From Xanthomonas campestris pv. campestris str. ATCC 33913 (GTDB lineage Bacteria > Pseudomonadota > Gammaproteobacteria > Xanthomonadales > Xanthomonadaceae): a DNA stretch of 32,000 nt. A program made the translations under genes and the position numbers. Each line of letters opens with the position of its first letter. Within the stretch, counting starts at the first letter, position 1. The stretch spans positions 1 through 32,000 of the forward strand of contig NC_003902.1 of the NCBI RefSeq assembly GCF_000007145.1, given 5' to 3'. This document shows positions 11,315 through 19,512 of this stretch, piece by piece. The notes under the pieces are model-generated. The model saw nothing but the letters and a program-made list of their open reading frames with translations, was not told the origin of the DNA and made no database searches.

Positions 11315-12076
11315 ATGCTGCAGGAATTCGTTATCGCCGCCGCTGCAGGGGGCTCCAATCCGTCGGCCGCTCTTTCGCAGATGGGCTTTGAGCACCTGAT
11401 CACCGAAATGACCTCCAGCCCCGGCGACTTCGCCGTGTCCTGGGTCGTTCTGATCACCCTGATCGCCATGTCCGCTGCCTCCTGGTACTGGACTGTCATC
11501 AACATCTTCCGCGCCACCCGTCTGAAAAGCGCGGCTGACCGCGTCACCACCGCGTTCTGGGATGCCCCGAATGCACAGGACGCCATCCGCGCTATGGAAG
11601 AGCAGCCGGCTTCCGAGCCGTTCTCCAAGATCGCACTGGATGCAGCCCAGGCTGCTGCGCACCACCAGCGTGCCGAAGGCAGCACCGGCGGTATGGGCGA
11701 GAGCCTGAGCCGTTCGGAGTTCGTCGACCGCGCTCTGCGTCAGGCCGTGACCCGCGAAAGCACCAAGCTGCAGTCGGGCATGACCCTGCTGGCGACCGTC
11801 GGTGCAACCGCGCCGTTCGTCGGTCTGCTCGGTACCGTGTGGGGCATCTACGGCGCGCTGATCAAGATCGGTGCAACCGGTTCGGCCTCCATCGACGCCG
11901 TTGCCGGCCCGGTGGGTGAAGCGCTGATCATGACCGCGATCGGTCTGTTCGTCGCAATCCCGGCCGTGTTCGCGTTCAACTTCTTCTCCAAGGTCAACAG
12001 CTCGGTGATCGCCAAGTTCGACACCTTTGCCCACGACCTGCACGACTTCTTCGCAACCGGTTCGCGCGTTCGCTAA
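11315..12076 (+). CDS. exbB: MotA/TolQ/ExbB proton-channel protein ExbB
   Basis: 253 aa with three TM segments. Conserved C-terminal region LATVGATAPFVGLLGTVWGI...GEALIMTAIGLFVAIPAV. Confidence 0.95.
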   Translation: MLQEFVIAAAAGGSNPSAALSQMGFEHLITEMTSSPGDFAVSWVVLITLIAMSAASWYWTVINIFRATRLKSAADRVTTAFWDAPNAQDAIRAMEEQPASEPFSKIALDAAQAAAHHQRAEGSTGGMGESLSRSEFVDRALRQAVTRESTKLQSGMTLLATVGATAPFVGLLGTVWGIYGALIKIGATGSASIDAVAGPVGEALIMTAIGLFVAIPAVFAFNFFSKVNSSVIAKFDTFAHDLHDFFATGSRVR

Positions 12077-12122
12077 TCCGGTAGTAAAGAACGCCTTCGC
12101 AACGATTTAGACGGAGCCCGTT

Positions 12123-12545
12123 ATGGCCTTCAGTAGTGGAAACAGCGGCGGCCCGATGGCCGACATCAATGTGACGCCCCTCGTGGACGTCATGTTGGTG
12201 CTGCTGATCATCTTCATCATTACGGCACCGCTGATGTCCCACAAGGTCAAGGTGGAGCTGCCAGAGGCCAACTTGATCCAGAAGGAAGATGCGGAGAAGC
12301 GCGCCGCACCGATCACCCTGGCCGTCAAGGAAGACGGGTCGCTGTACTGGAACGACGAGCCGATCTCCAAGGAAGCCCTGGAGTCGCGCCTGTCCACCGC
12401 AGCACAGCAGACCCCGCAACCGCCGCTCAACTTGCGCGGCGACCGCACCACCAAGATGCGTACGATCAACGAGATCACCAAGATCGCGCAGGGTCAGGGC
12501 ATGTTGGACGTCGGCTTCGTTGCAACCAAAGAGAAGGGGCAGTAA
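12123..12545 (+). CDS. exbD: biopolymer transport protein ExbD (copy 1)
   Basis: 140 aa. [23 protein letters not shown] helix carrying the conserved Asp. SD ACGGAG. Confidence 0.93.
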   Translation: MAFSSGNSGGPMADINVTPLVDVMLVLLIIFIITAPLMSHKVKVELPEANLIQKEDAEKRAAPITLAVKEDGSLYWNDEPISKEALESRLSTAAQQTPQPPLNLRGDRTTKMRTINEITKIAQGQGMLDVGFVATKEKGQ

Positions 12546-12548
12546 GCC

Positions 12549-12959
12549 ATGGCATTCAGTACCGGTGGAAACCGCGGCCCAATGGCCGACATCAATGTCA
12601 CGCCTCTCGTGGACGTGATGTTGGTGCTGCTGATCATCTTCATCGTGACCGCGCCGATCATGACTTACCCGATCGCCGTGGATCTGCCGCAGCGGGTGCT
12701 CAACCCGCCACCGCAGACGACCGAACCGCCGCCGCCGATCGAATTGCGGATCGACGCCAGCAACCAGGTGTTCTGGAACAACAGCCCGACCCCGGTCGCG
12801 CAGTTGCAGCAGAAGATGGAAGAAGTGGTGCAGGCCGATCCGACCAATCAGCCGGAGCTGCGCATCGATGCCAACGAGGATGCTGAGTACGAGGTGATGG
12901 CCAAGGTCCTCGCCGCGGCGAAGAACTCGCAGATGAAGAAAATCGGCTTCATGCAGTAA
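12549..12959 (+). CDS. exbD2: biopolymer transport protein ExbD (copy 2)
   Basis: 136 aa. Starts 3 nt after the exbD1 stop. Same N-terminal TM segment and a divergent periplasmic domain. A tonB-exbB-exbD1-exbD2 operon is known in Xanthomonas campestris. Confidence 0.9.
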
Positions 12960-13002
12960 GACATCGCACGACCGCAACACAACAGTCATGACGCGACTGC
13001 AA

Positions 13003-13029
13003 CGCCACCGGAAACGGTGGCGTTTTTTT
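13003..13029 (+). terminator. rho-independent terminator after exbD2
   Basis: Stem CGCCACCG / CGGTGGCG, loop GAAA, followed by T7. Confidence 0.8.
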
Positions 13030-13397
13030 GTGCGGCGATGACGCGAGGGTGCTGCGCATGCGCCTTCGATGCTGCCGATCAAATAGTGGATGCAATCGAT
13101 GCGTCGTCGTTGATCCACGCGTGCGGACGGCAGCGATGCGATGTTGAAACGGCCTCGCTGATGAAGCGTTGTTTGGAAGTCATCGCCACGCCGTTGGTTT
13201 CTGTAGGTGTAGCGGTGCGTCTGATGCAGGCAATGCTCAAGGCATCTTGCGCTGCGTACCTATCAAGTGAGTCTTGAGAAAGACGCGCATTGCGATCAGT
13301 CGGCAAGCAATCGCACTAGCTGCAGATCGCTTCTATCGCATCGCATCGAACGCGATGCCTATCGCCGAGATGCATACAGAGATGCGCTAAGTAGTGC

Positions 13398-13439
13398 CGC
13401 GCACACGCAACGAGCTTGTGACGCGTTCTTGCGATTTCC
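13398..13439 (+). repeat. spacer-repeat core, copy a
   Basis: CGCGCACACGCAACGAGCTTGTGACGCGTTCTTGCGATTTCC aligns with copies b, c and d on the pattern CGC.CACAC..GCAA...TGACG.G..T.TCT.GC..ATTCC. Confidence 0.5.
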
Positions 13440-13490
13440 GTGACAAACCAAACAGCTGACACGTGCATTCGAACGTGTGTGCAGTGGCTT

Positions 13491-13594
13491 GATGGGATGC
13501 CTTGATGAGATGACATGCAGAGCGACGTTCGCATGAGATCGACGAACGCTCACACATGCAAACCTGACGTGCATGTCTGCACATTCCGGTCCAC
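13491..13594 (+). repeat. spacer repeat, long copy b (core 13547-13587)
   Basis: About 105 nt and about 70% identical by eye to 13730-13841. Core CGCTCACACATGCAAACCTGACGTGCATGTCTGCACATTCC. Confidence 0.65.
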
Positions 13595-13729
13595 ATCTCA
13601 TCGTCAGTCGTCTTGGGTATACCTTCTCCCGAAGTGCGAAGCATGCAGTTTCGTTAGAACCTGATTCCGCCCAACACGCGCCACTCACTGGCGCCGGCCG
13701 TGGCAACACCCAAGCAGCAAGCGCCATCC

Positions 13730-13841
13730 AATGGGTAAGTAGTGAAGCGATGGACGACATGCCGAGCGGCATTCGTATGCGATCTGCGGACGCTCATACA
13801 TTCAAACCTGACATCCATCTAGAAACACACTTCCACTCCAC
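13730..13841 (+). repeat. spacer repeat, long copy c (core 13791-13834)
   Basis: Direct repeat of 13491-13594, about 240 nt downstream. Core CGCTCATACATTCAAACCTGACATCCATCTAGAAACACACTTCC. Confidence 0.65.
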
Positions 13842-14112
13842 CGAAACGCATCCGCCTTTCGGGCAACCTCTTCTTGAACATCGAATCTGATGTCTAGTCG
13901 GCGCTGAGTCCATCAATGCTGGCAACATCGCGTTGCCGCCTCCAAAAGCTCATGGCCATTTCGAGTACGGAGAGGCACGGGCTGAGTGGATACGAAAGTG
14001 CTTGGGCGAAGCGCGATTGCACGCATCGCAAGCTCGACTGTGCGGCCGATGCGCATGACGGACGCGCAGCTGCATGTTGCGTGGACTGCGCGCGGCTCGC
14101 TAAAACCCGGGC

Positions 14113-14883
14113 CTAGGCGGCTGTGGTCGCGCCGCCCGCAATAATCGCCAAGTAGGCGCGCACGGTCGGTTCCAGGCCCTGATACAGCGCCTCGCCGACC
14201 AAGGCGTGGCCGATCGAGACCTCCAGGACGTCGGGAACGCCGGCCAGGAAATCGGCCAGGTTGTGCTGGGACAGATCGTGGCCGGCATTGATGCCCAGGC
14301 CGGCCGCGTGGGCACGCCTGGCGGCATCGGCGAACAGGGCCAGGGACGGTTGCGATTGGCCGTGGTGATGGGCCTCGGCGTACGGGCCGGTGTACAGCTC
14401 GATGCGATCGGCACCCAACGCAGCCGCCTGCGCAATCTCCGGATTACCGGCATCCACGAACAGGCTCACGCGGCAGCCGAGAGTCTTGAAGGCGGCAATC
14501 AACGGCGCCAGCCGCGCGCCATCGCGGGCGAAATCCACGCCATGGTCGGAGGTGAGTTGGCCGTCGCCATCCGGCACCAGGGTGACCTGTTGCGGCCGCG
14601 TGGCCCGGCAGAGTTCCAGCAAGCCCGGATAGCCAGCGCGCGGCGGCGCGAACGGATTGCCTTCGATGTTGAATTCCACACCATGCATGCGCGTCAGTGT
14701 GCTGAGCGCGTAGACATCGTCAGCGCGGATATGCCGTTGGTCCGGGCGCGGATGCACGGTGATGCCATGGGCGCCGGCTGCAATGCAGCTGCGCGCGGCC
14801 TGCACTACATCCGGGTCCTGACCGCCGCGCGAATTGCGCAGTACGGCGATCTTGTTGACGTTGACGCTGAGGTGAGTGCTCAC
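14113..14883 (-). CDS. pdxJ: pyridoxine 5'-phosphate synthase
   Basis: 256 aa with a GTG start. [18 protein letters not shown]-terminus and overall PdxJ TIM-barrel pattern ([13 protein letters not shown]). Confidence 0.95.
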   Translation of the reverse strand: MSTHLSVNVNKIAVLRNSRGGQDPDVVQAARSCIAAGAHGITVHPRPDQRHIRADDVYALSTLTRMHGVEFNIEGNPFAPPRAGYPGLLELCRATRPQQVTLVPDGDGQLTSDHGVDFARDGARLAPLIAAFKTLGCRVSLFVDAGNPEIAQAAALGADRIELYTGPYAEAHHHGQSQPSLALFADAARRAHAAGLGINAGHDLSQHNLADFLAGVPDVLEVSIGHALVGEALYQGLEPTVRAYLAIIAGGATTAA

Positions 14884-14890
14884 GTGCTGC

Positions 14891-15160
14891 TCAGGCCTGC
14901 GGCTCGCCGTCGCGCGCGGCCGTCAGTGCAGCGGCCTTGCGGGCTTCGGCAAGTTCGCGCAGCCGGCGCAGTTCGGCTGGGTCGATCATGCTGCCGGTGT
15001 CGCGCTGGGTATCGCCCATGCGTGCGGCGAACCAGCCGCGGGTCCACAGCAGCAACAGCAGCAGTGCCACCAGCAGCGATACGACCAGCAACCACACGTG
15101 CGGCGTGCTGAAGGCCAGCACCAGTGCACCCAGTGCCATAAGCAGAAACAGCCAGTGCAT
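14891..15160 (-). CDS. small hypothetical membrane protein (two predicted TM helices)
   Basis: 89 aa, [17 protein letters not shown]...[22 protein letters not shown] 6 nt before the ATG. GC-rich third positions. Its stop lies 7 nt before the pdxJ GTG. Confidence 0.55.
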   Translation of the reverse strand: MHWLFLLMALGALVLAFSTPHVWLLVVSLLVALLLLLLWTRGWFAARMGDTQRDTGSMIDPAELRRLRELAEARKAAALTAARDGEPQA

Positions 15161-15234
15161 GACGAGCTCCCCGTTGAGTGGCGGCAGTGTAGCGCTGCGC
15201 CCGGCGTGGTTCCACGTGGGGCGCGGCGCTGCGG

Positions 15235-16695
15235 TCAGAGCAGCGGCGATAGCAGCCGCGCGAAGGCTTCCGGCAGGCGCGATCGCCAGAACGGCCGGCG
15301 CAGGTTGAAGCGCACTTCCTGTGCCTGGGCCATGTCGGTGCCGATCATGCCGGCGAGCTCGGCGGCTACTGCCTGGTCGCGGAACAGCATCGACAGCTCG
15401 AAGTTCAGCCGGAAGCTGCGGCTGTCGAAATTGGCGCTACCGACGATGCAGACATCGTCGTCGGCGATCAGCGCCTTGGTGTGCAACATGCGCGGGCCGT
15501 ACTCGTAGATACGCACGCCGGCCTCCAGCAGTTCATCGAAATACGAGCGCGCGGCATAGGTGACCAGGCGCGAATCGCTGACGCGCGGGATCAGCAGGCG
15601 CACGTCCAGCCCGCCCAGCGCCGCAGAGGTGAGCGCCATGCGCGCGGCCTCGCCCGGCACGAAGTACGGCGTGACCAGCCAGACCCGATGCCTGGCTTCG
15701 TGGATGGCGGCCACCATCAGCCGGTGGATCGCTTCCCAGGACGAATCGGGGCCGGACACCAGCACCTGCGCATCGATGCTGCCCTGCTTGCGGGTGGGCA
15801 CATCCTCCGGCCACAGTTGTTGGCCATGGAAGGCGCCCTGGGCCTGGCGGGTGGCGTAGAGCCAGTCCTCCAGGAACACCAGCTGCAGGCTGCGCACCAC
15901 GTGGCCCTGCAGACGCACATGCAGGTCGCGAAACGCGTCGGGGCGAACCTGTTCGTTCTCTTCGTCGGTGACATTGATGCCGCCGGTGAACGCGATGCGG
16001 CCGTCGATGACGATCAACTTGCGGTGCGTACGCAGGTTCAACCACGGCCGCTTGAACGGCTTGAGCAGCTGGGTGGGATGGAACCAGGCGGTCTCCACGC
16101 CGGCCGCACGCAGCGTGCGCAGGGTGCGCCGGGTCATCGCCGAGGAACCGACTGCATCCATCAACAGCCGCACCTTGACCCCCGCCCGCGCGCGTTCCAT
16201 CAAGGCCTCGCAGATCGGCATGCCGCTGCGGTCGGGCTGGAAAATGTAGTACTCCAGGTGGATGTGGTCGCGCGCCTGTGTGATCGCCTCGATGATCGCC
16301 GCATAGGTGGACGCGCCATCCACCAGCCACAAGGCTTCTGTCGCGCTGCTTGGGGCCAGGCCGGTGGTGGATTGGGCGATCTTGGCCAGCTCGGTGCAAT
16401 CGGCATCGGGCGGACACACGCTGCTGTAGCTTTCCATACCCGAACGCGACCGCCCGCGGCGTAGACGCTGGCGTTTGACCTTTTGCGGGCCCAGCCAGTA
16501 GTAGATCAGCAGGCCCAGATACGGCAGCGCGGCCAGCGACAGCACCCAGCTCAGCGTGGCCACCGGCTCGCGCTTCTGCAGGATGATCCAGCTGACGATC
16601 CACAGCAGATACAGCACGTAGGCGGCGAAGAGGAGCGCTTTGAGGTGGGGAATGTCGGCCAGCCAATCCCACGCGCCCTGTGCAAGTGCGAGCAT
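15235..16695 (-). CDS. cls: cardiolipin synthase
   Basis: 486 aa. Two N-terminal TM helices and two PLD HKD motifs (HRKLIVIDG and HTKALIADD). Confidence 0.93.
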   Translation of the reverse strand: MLALAQGAWDWLADIPHLKALLFAAYVLYLLWIVSWIILQKREPVATLSWVLSLAALPYLGLLIYYWLGPQKVKRQRLRRGRSRSGMESYSSVCPPDADCTELAKIAQSTTGLAPSSATEALWLVDGASTYAAIIEAITQARDHIHLEYYIFQPDRSGMPICEALMERARAGVKVRLLMDAVGSSAMTRRTLRTLRAAGVETAWFHPTQLLKPFKRPWLNLRTHRKLIVIDGRIAFTGGINVTDEENEQVRPDAFRDLHVRLQGHVVRSLQLVFLEDWLYATRQAQGAFHGQQLWPEDVPTRKQGSIDAQVLVSGPDSSWEAIHRLMVAAIHEARHRVWLVTPYFVPGEAARMALTSAALGGLDVRLLIPRVSDSRLVTYAARSYFDELLEAGVRIYEYGPRMLHTKALIADDDVCIVGSANFDSRSFRLNFELSMLFRDQAVAAELAGMIGTDMAQAQEVRFNLRRPFWRSRLPEAFARLLSPLL

Positions 16696-16980
16696 GCGCG
16701 GATTCTACGGCGCACACGCTGTGCTGCGATGACTGCCGGCTGCTGCCCTGGCGATCCTGGTAGCACATGCACGGGAAAGCTGCGGATTAGGGCTCAATGA
16801 GCGAAGGCACGTCTTGTTTTCGGTATGGGGGCTACCGAACGTCGTGCTGCAGTGCCCGTTGCCGAGGCGAGCGTTCTACTCAGACAGTGCAGGCAGCACA
16901 TCGAACACGAAGGCTGAAACCTTTATCCGTGCAGCGGGCTGATCCCAGCAGGTGAGACGCGGCCGCCATAGCATGCCGGC

Positions 16981-18075
16981 ATGGCAAGCGCGATCAAGGG
17001 CCGGGGTGCGACCGGCCATCTGCCCGGACGGTTCGAGGTCACCACGCCGCAGGCGGTGGACGATGGCTGGCACGTGGACGACAGCGACGAGTTCGCTGCG
17101 CCCGCATTGCGCACCCAGGTCACCGACGAGACCGCGCGCAGCATCATCAGCCGCAACCAGTCGCCGGACATCGGGTTCTCGCAGTCGGTCAATCCGTATC
17201 GCGGCTGCGAACATGGCTGCAGCTACTGTTTCGCTCGGCCCTCGCATGCCTACCTCAACCTCTCGCCGGGGCTGGACTTCGAAACGCGGCTGTTCGCCAA
17301 GACCAATGCGCCGGAGCTGCTGCGCCGCGAACTGGCGCGGCCCAGTTACGTGCCCAGCCCGATCGCACTGGGCATCAATACCGATGCCTACCAGCCGATC
17401 GAGCGCAAGCGCGGGTTGACCCGGCAGTTGATCGAAGTGCTGTGGGAGGCGCGGCACCCGTTCACGCTGATCACCAAGAGCGCCCTGGTCACGCGGGATC
17501 TGGATTTGCTGGCCCCGCTGGCGCGCGCGCGCTTGGTCAATGTGCACTTCTCGGTGACCACGCTGGATCCGCATCTGTCGGCCAGGCTGGAACCGCGTGC
17601 GTCCGCGCCGCATGCGCGCCTGCGCGCGATGCGCAGCCTGCACGAGGCCGGCGTGCCGGTCGGGGTGATGGCCGCGCCGGTAATCCCGTGGATCAACGAT
17701 CACGAGCTGGAAGCGATCCTGCAGGCCGCCGCCGATGCCGGCGCCAGCAGTGCCGGTTACGTGCTGCTGCGCCTGCCGCACGAGGTGGCGCCGTTGTTCC
17801 GTGAGTGGCTACAGACCCACCACCCGCAGCGCGCCGAGCACGTGATGAGCACCATCGCCCAGCTGCGCGGCGGCAAGGACTACGACAGCACCTTCGGCAC
17901 CCGCATGCGCGGCCAGGGCGTGTACGCAGACCTGCTGGCGCGCCGCTTCGCGCTGGCGCATCGCCGTGCCGGCTTCGACACCCGCCGCACTCCGCCATTG
18001 GACACCGAACAATTCCGCCGCCCTGCACCGCCGCCCAAACCGGTCAAGGACTCGCCGCAGGGGCAGCTGTTTTAG
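16981..18075 (+). CDS. radical SAM protein (PA0069-like family)
   Basis: 364 aa. CxxxCxxC cluster CEHGCSYCF. N-terminus MASAIKGRGATGHLPGRF is typical of this family. Confidence 0.88.
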   Translation: MASAIKGRGATGHLPGRFEVTTPQAVDDGWHVDDSDEFAAPALRTQVTDETARSIISRNQSPDIGFSQSVNPYRGCEHGCSYCFARPSHAYLNLSPGLDFETRLFAKTNAPELLRRELARPSYVPSPIALGINTDAYQPIERKRGLTRQLIEVLWEARHPFTLITKSALVTRDLDLLAPLARARLVNVHFSVTTLDPHLSARLEPRASAPHARLRAMRSLHEAGVPVGVMAAPVIPWINDHELEAILQAAADAGASSAGYVLLRLPHEVAPLFREWLQTHHPQRAEHVMSTIAQLRGGKDYDSTFGTRMRGQGVYADLLARRFALAHRRAGFDTRRTPPLDTEQFRRPAPPPKPVKDSPQGQLF

Positions 18076-18181
18076 GGCGGGGAATCGGGAGTGGGGAATC
18101 GGGATTCGCAACGGCGAGAGCCACCGCAACAGCGCAGGTCTGCTGGTGCGATTCTCCATTGCCGATTCCCTATTCCCCGCC
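18076..18181. repeat. long imperfect hairpin built from GGGAATC-type units between convergent genes (REP-like / bidirectional terminator candidate)
   Basis: Left arm GGCGGGGAATCGGGAGTGGGGAATCGGGATTCGCA (18076-18110). Right arm TGCGATTCTCCATTGCCGATTCCCTATTCCCCGCC (18147-18181). The outer 10 bp pair perfectly. The right arm overlaps the last 4 codons of the oxygenase gene. Confidence 0.6.
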
Positions 18182-18883
18182 GTACAGCGCCTGCGCCGAT
18201 TGGAACAAAATCCAGCTGGTGGCAATGAACTTATCGCCGCCGACCGGGCGGTTGCCGCGGTGGGTGTGGGTGAAGGCGGTGGGGGCGATCAGCAGGCTGC
18301 CGGTGCGCGGACGCGCCTTGCGTTGCTGGAACAGGAATTCGGTCTCGCCCTGTTCGAACTCTTCGTTGAGATACAGCGTCCACAGCAAATGGCGGTGCAG
18401 GGTCTCTGCGCCGGCGTCGCGCGGATACAGTTCGCAGTGCCAATATGGGTAGCCGCCCTGGTCGGCCAGATACCACTGCAGGTTGATGGCGCCCGGGCGC
18501 AGGCAGGTGCGCGCCAGGTCGCTCAAGGCCGCATCGCTCATCTGCGCGATGTCCTCGGCGACCAACCGGTGCGGAGTGCCATCGGCGGTGGTGACCTGCA
18601 GCATCAAGGGCGAAATCAACGCCTGCGGATACTGCCGCAGGTAGCGGAGCAGGCCCTCGAAGACGGCCTGTTGCAGGCGGTTTTCCACTGCCGCCCAGTC
18701 GGCCAGGCCGCTGATGCGCAGATCGCGGCTGTGCTTGAGGTCGGGGAACACGCCGCTGCCGATGCGGCCCGGCTGCAGCTGCTGGCTATCGCGCATGCGT
18801 TGCACGATCGCCGCGCAGTCGTCGCGCGAAACGGCGTCGTCGGTGATCTGGATGAAGTCGGGTTGGTCCATACGCAGGACCAT
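18170..18883 (-). CDS. 2OG-Fe(II) oxygenase superfamily protein (prolyl-hydroxylase-like)
   Basis: ORF 18170..19045. Start moved to ATG 18883 (alternative 18871) because the upstream 54 codons are Arg/Thr-rich. Motifs YWHCE..., LYLNEEFEQGETEF and THTHRG fit the HxD/E...H double-stranded beta-helix pattern. Confidence 0.7.
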   Translation of the reverse strand: MVLRMDQPDFIQITDDAVSRDDCAAIVQRMRDSQQLQPGRIGSGVFPDLKHSRDLRISGLADWAAVENRLQQAVFEGLLRYLRQYPQALISPLMLQVTTADGTPHRLVAEDIAQMSDAALSDLARTCLRPGAINLQWYLADQGGYPYWHCELYPRDAGAETLHRHLLWTLYLNEEFEQGETEFLFQQRKARPRTGSLLIAPTAFTHTHRGNRPVGGDKFIATSWILFQSAQALYGGE

Positions 18884-19352
18884 AGCAACGTCGTCGCTGT
18901 GCTGCACAGCCCTGGGTGGCACAGCGGCACGCTCACGCACGCGGCGCCTGCGCAGCGTCGATGATCGTCGCGCTGCGCAACGGCGAGGCCAGAACGAGGT
19001 CGTGCCATTGGTCGTGGTGTTGATGCCCGCGGCGGCGCACCGCAATCAGCGACCAACATGCAGGCGACGATGCATCACTGGCTGCAACGCGAGGTCGCGC
19101 AACTCGCCTGTTCCGTAAAAGCACCATGGCTGTTGCACATGCGCGCAAGGTCGGCGGTGCGGTTGCGCTGCACTAACCTTCGGCCGGGATCTTCGCGCCG
19201 ACATGGGTAGGCCCTGGATTGTGCATCGCCAAGCGCCCGTGCGTGCCAGTGCGCGCGTCGCTATCTGCCACGCCGTAGCGCGATGTACTGCCGCCACAAC
19301 CAGAAAAACAGTGCTCGGGCTTTGATCGACTTTTACAGCGCATTCGCAGCCG

Positions 19353-19381
19353 CGCCTCAATGCGAAACCTCCATTGAGGCG
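19353..19381. other. perfect 10-bp hairpin/palindrome CGCCTCAATG-N9-CATTGAGGCG
   Basis: Seen directly. Lies in the 630-nt non-coding stretch upstream of the oxygenase gene. No T-run follows. Confidence 0.4.
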
Positions 19382-19462
19382 ACGCCCTGCGCCTCCGCCA
19401 GCTCACAGATGCAGCGTGCCCCGGCGCCTCGAATCCATGCCATGCAGACACCTGCGCCCAAC

Positions 19463-19489
19463 AAAAAACCCCGCCGAAGCGGGGTTTTT
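19463..19489 (-). terminator. rho-independent (bidirectional) terminator after the FadL-like gene
   Basis: A6-CCCCGC-CGAA-GCGGGG-T5. On the minus strand the stem is followed by T6, 24 nt after the stop. Confidence 0.8.
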
Positions 19490-19512
19490 CGTACGTCATG
19501 CAGCAGCGGCGA

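Noticed and set aside
12050-12073. TTCGC-N14-TTCGC at the exbB 3' end, resembling a Xanthomonas PIP box (TTCGC-N15-TTCGC) upstream of exbD1/exbD2
   Set aside because: The spacing is 14, not 15. A third TTCGC lies in between, the motif is inside coding sequence where TTC-GC codon pairs are common, and no suitable -10 lies 30-32 nt downstream.
9209-12959. TPR-tonB-exbB-exbD-exbD considered as a novel system
   Set aside because: This is the known Xanthomonas tonB-exbB-exbD1-exbD2 energy-transduction locus. Only the TPR/M48 linkage and the exbD conversion tract seemed worth listing.
13398-13841. Spaced direct repeats considered as a CRISPR array
   Set aside because: The repeats are only about 70% identical, are 40-110 nt long and have an irregular ~150-240-nt period. 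There are no cas genes in the window, so this is not CRISPR-like.
13017-14116. Seven short ORFs (66-137 aa) in the exbD2-pdxJ spacer. Similar ORFs occur in 23100-24050, including a 221-aa ORF at 23378-24043
   Set aside because: They overlap heavily on both strands and are Cys/His/Arg/Ser-rich. They lack the GC3 bias of neighbouring genes and have no start context. I treat them as non-coding.
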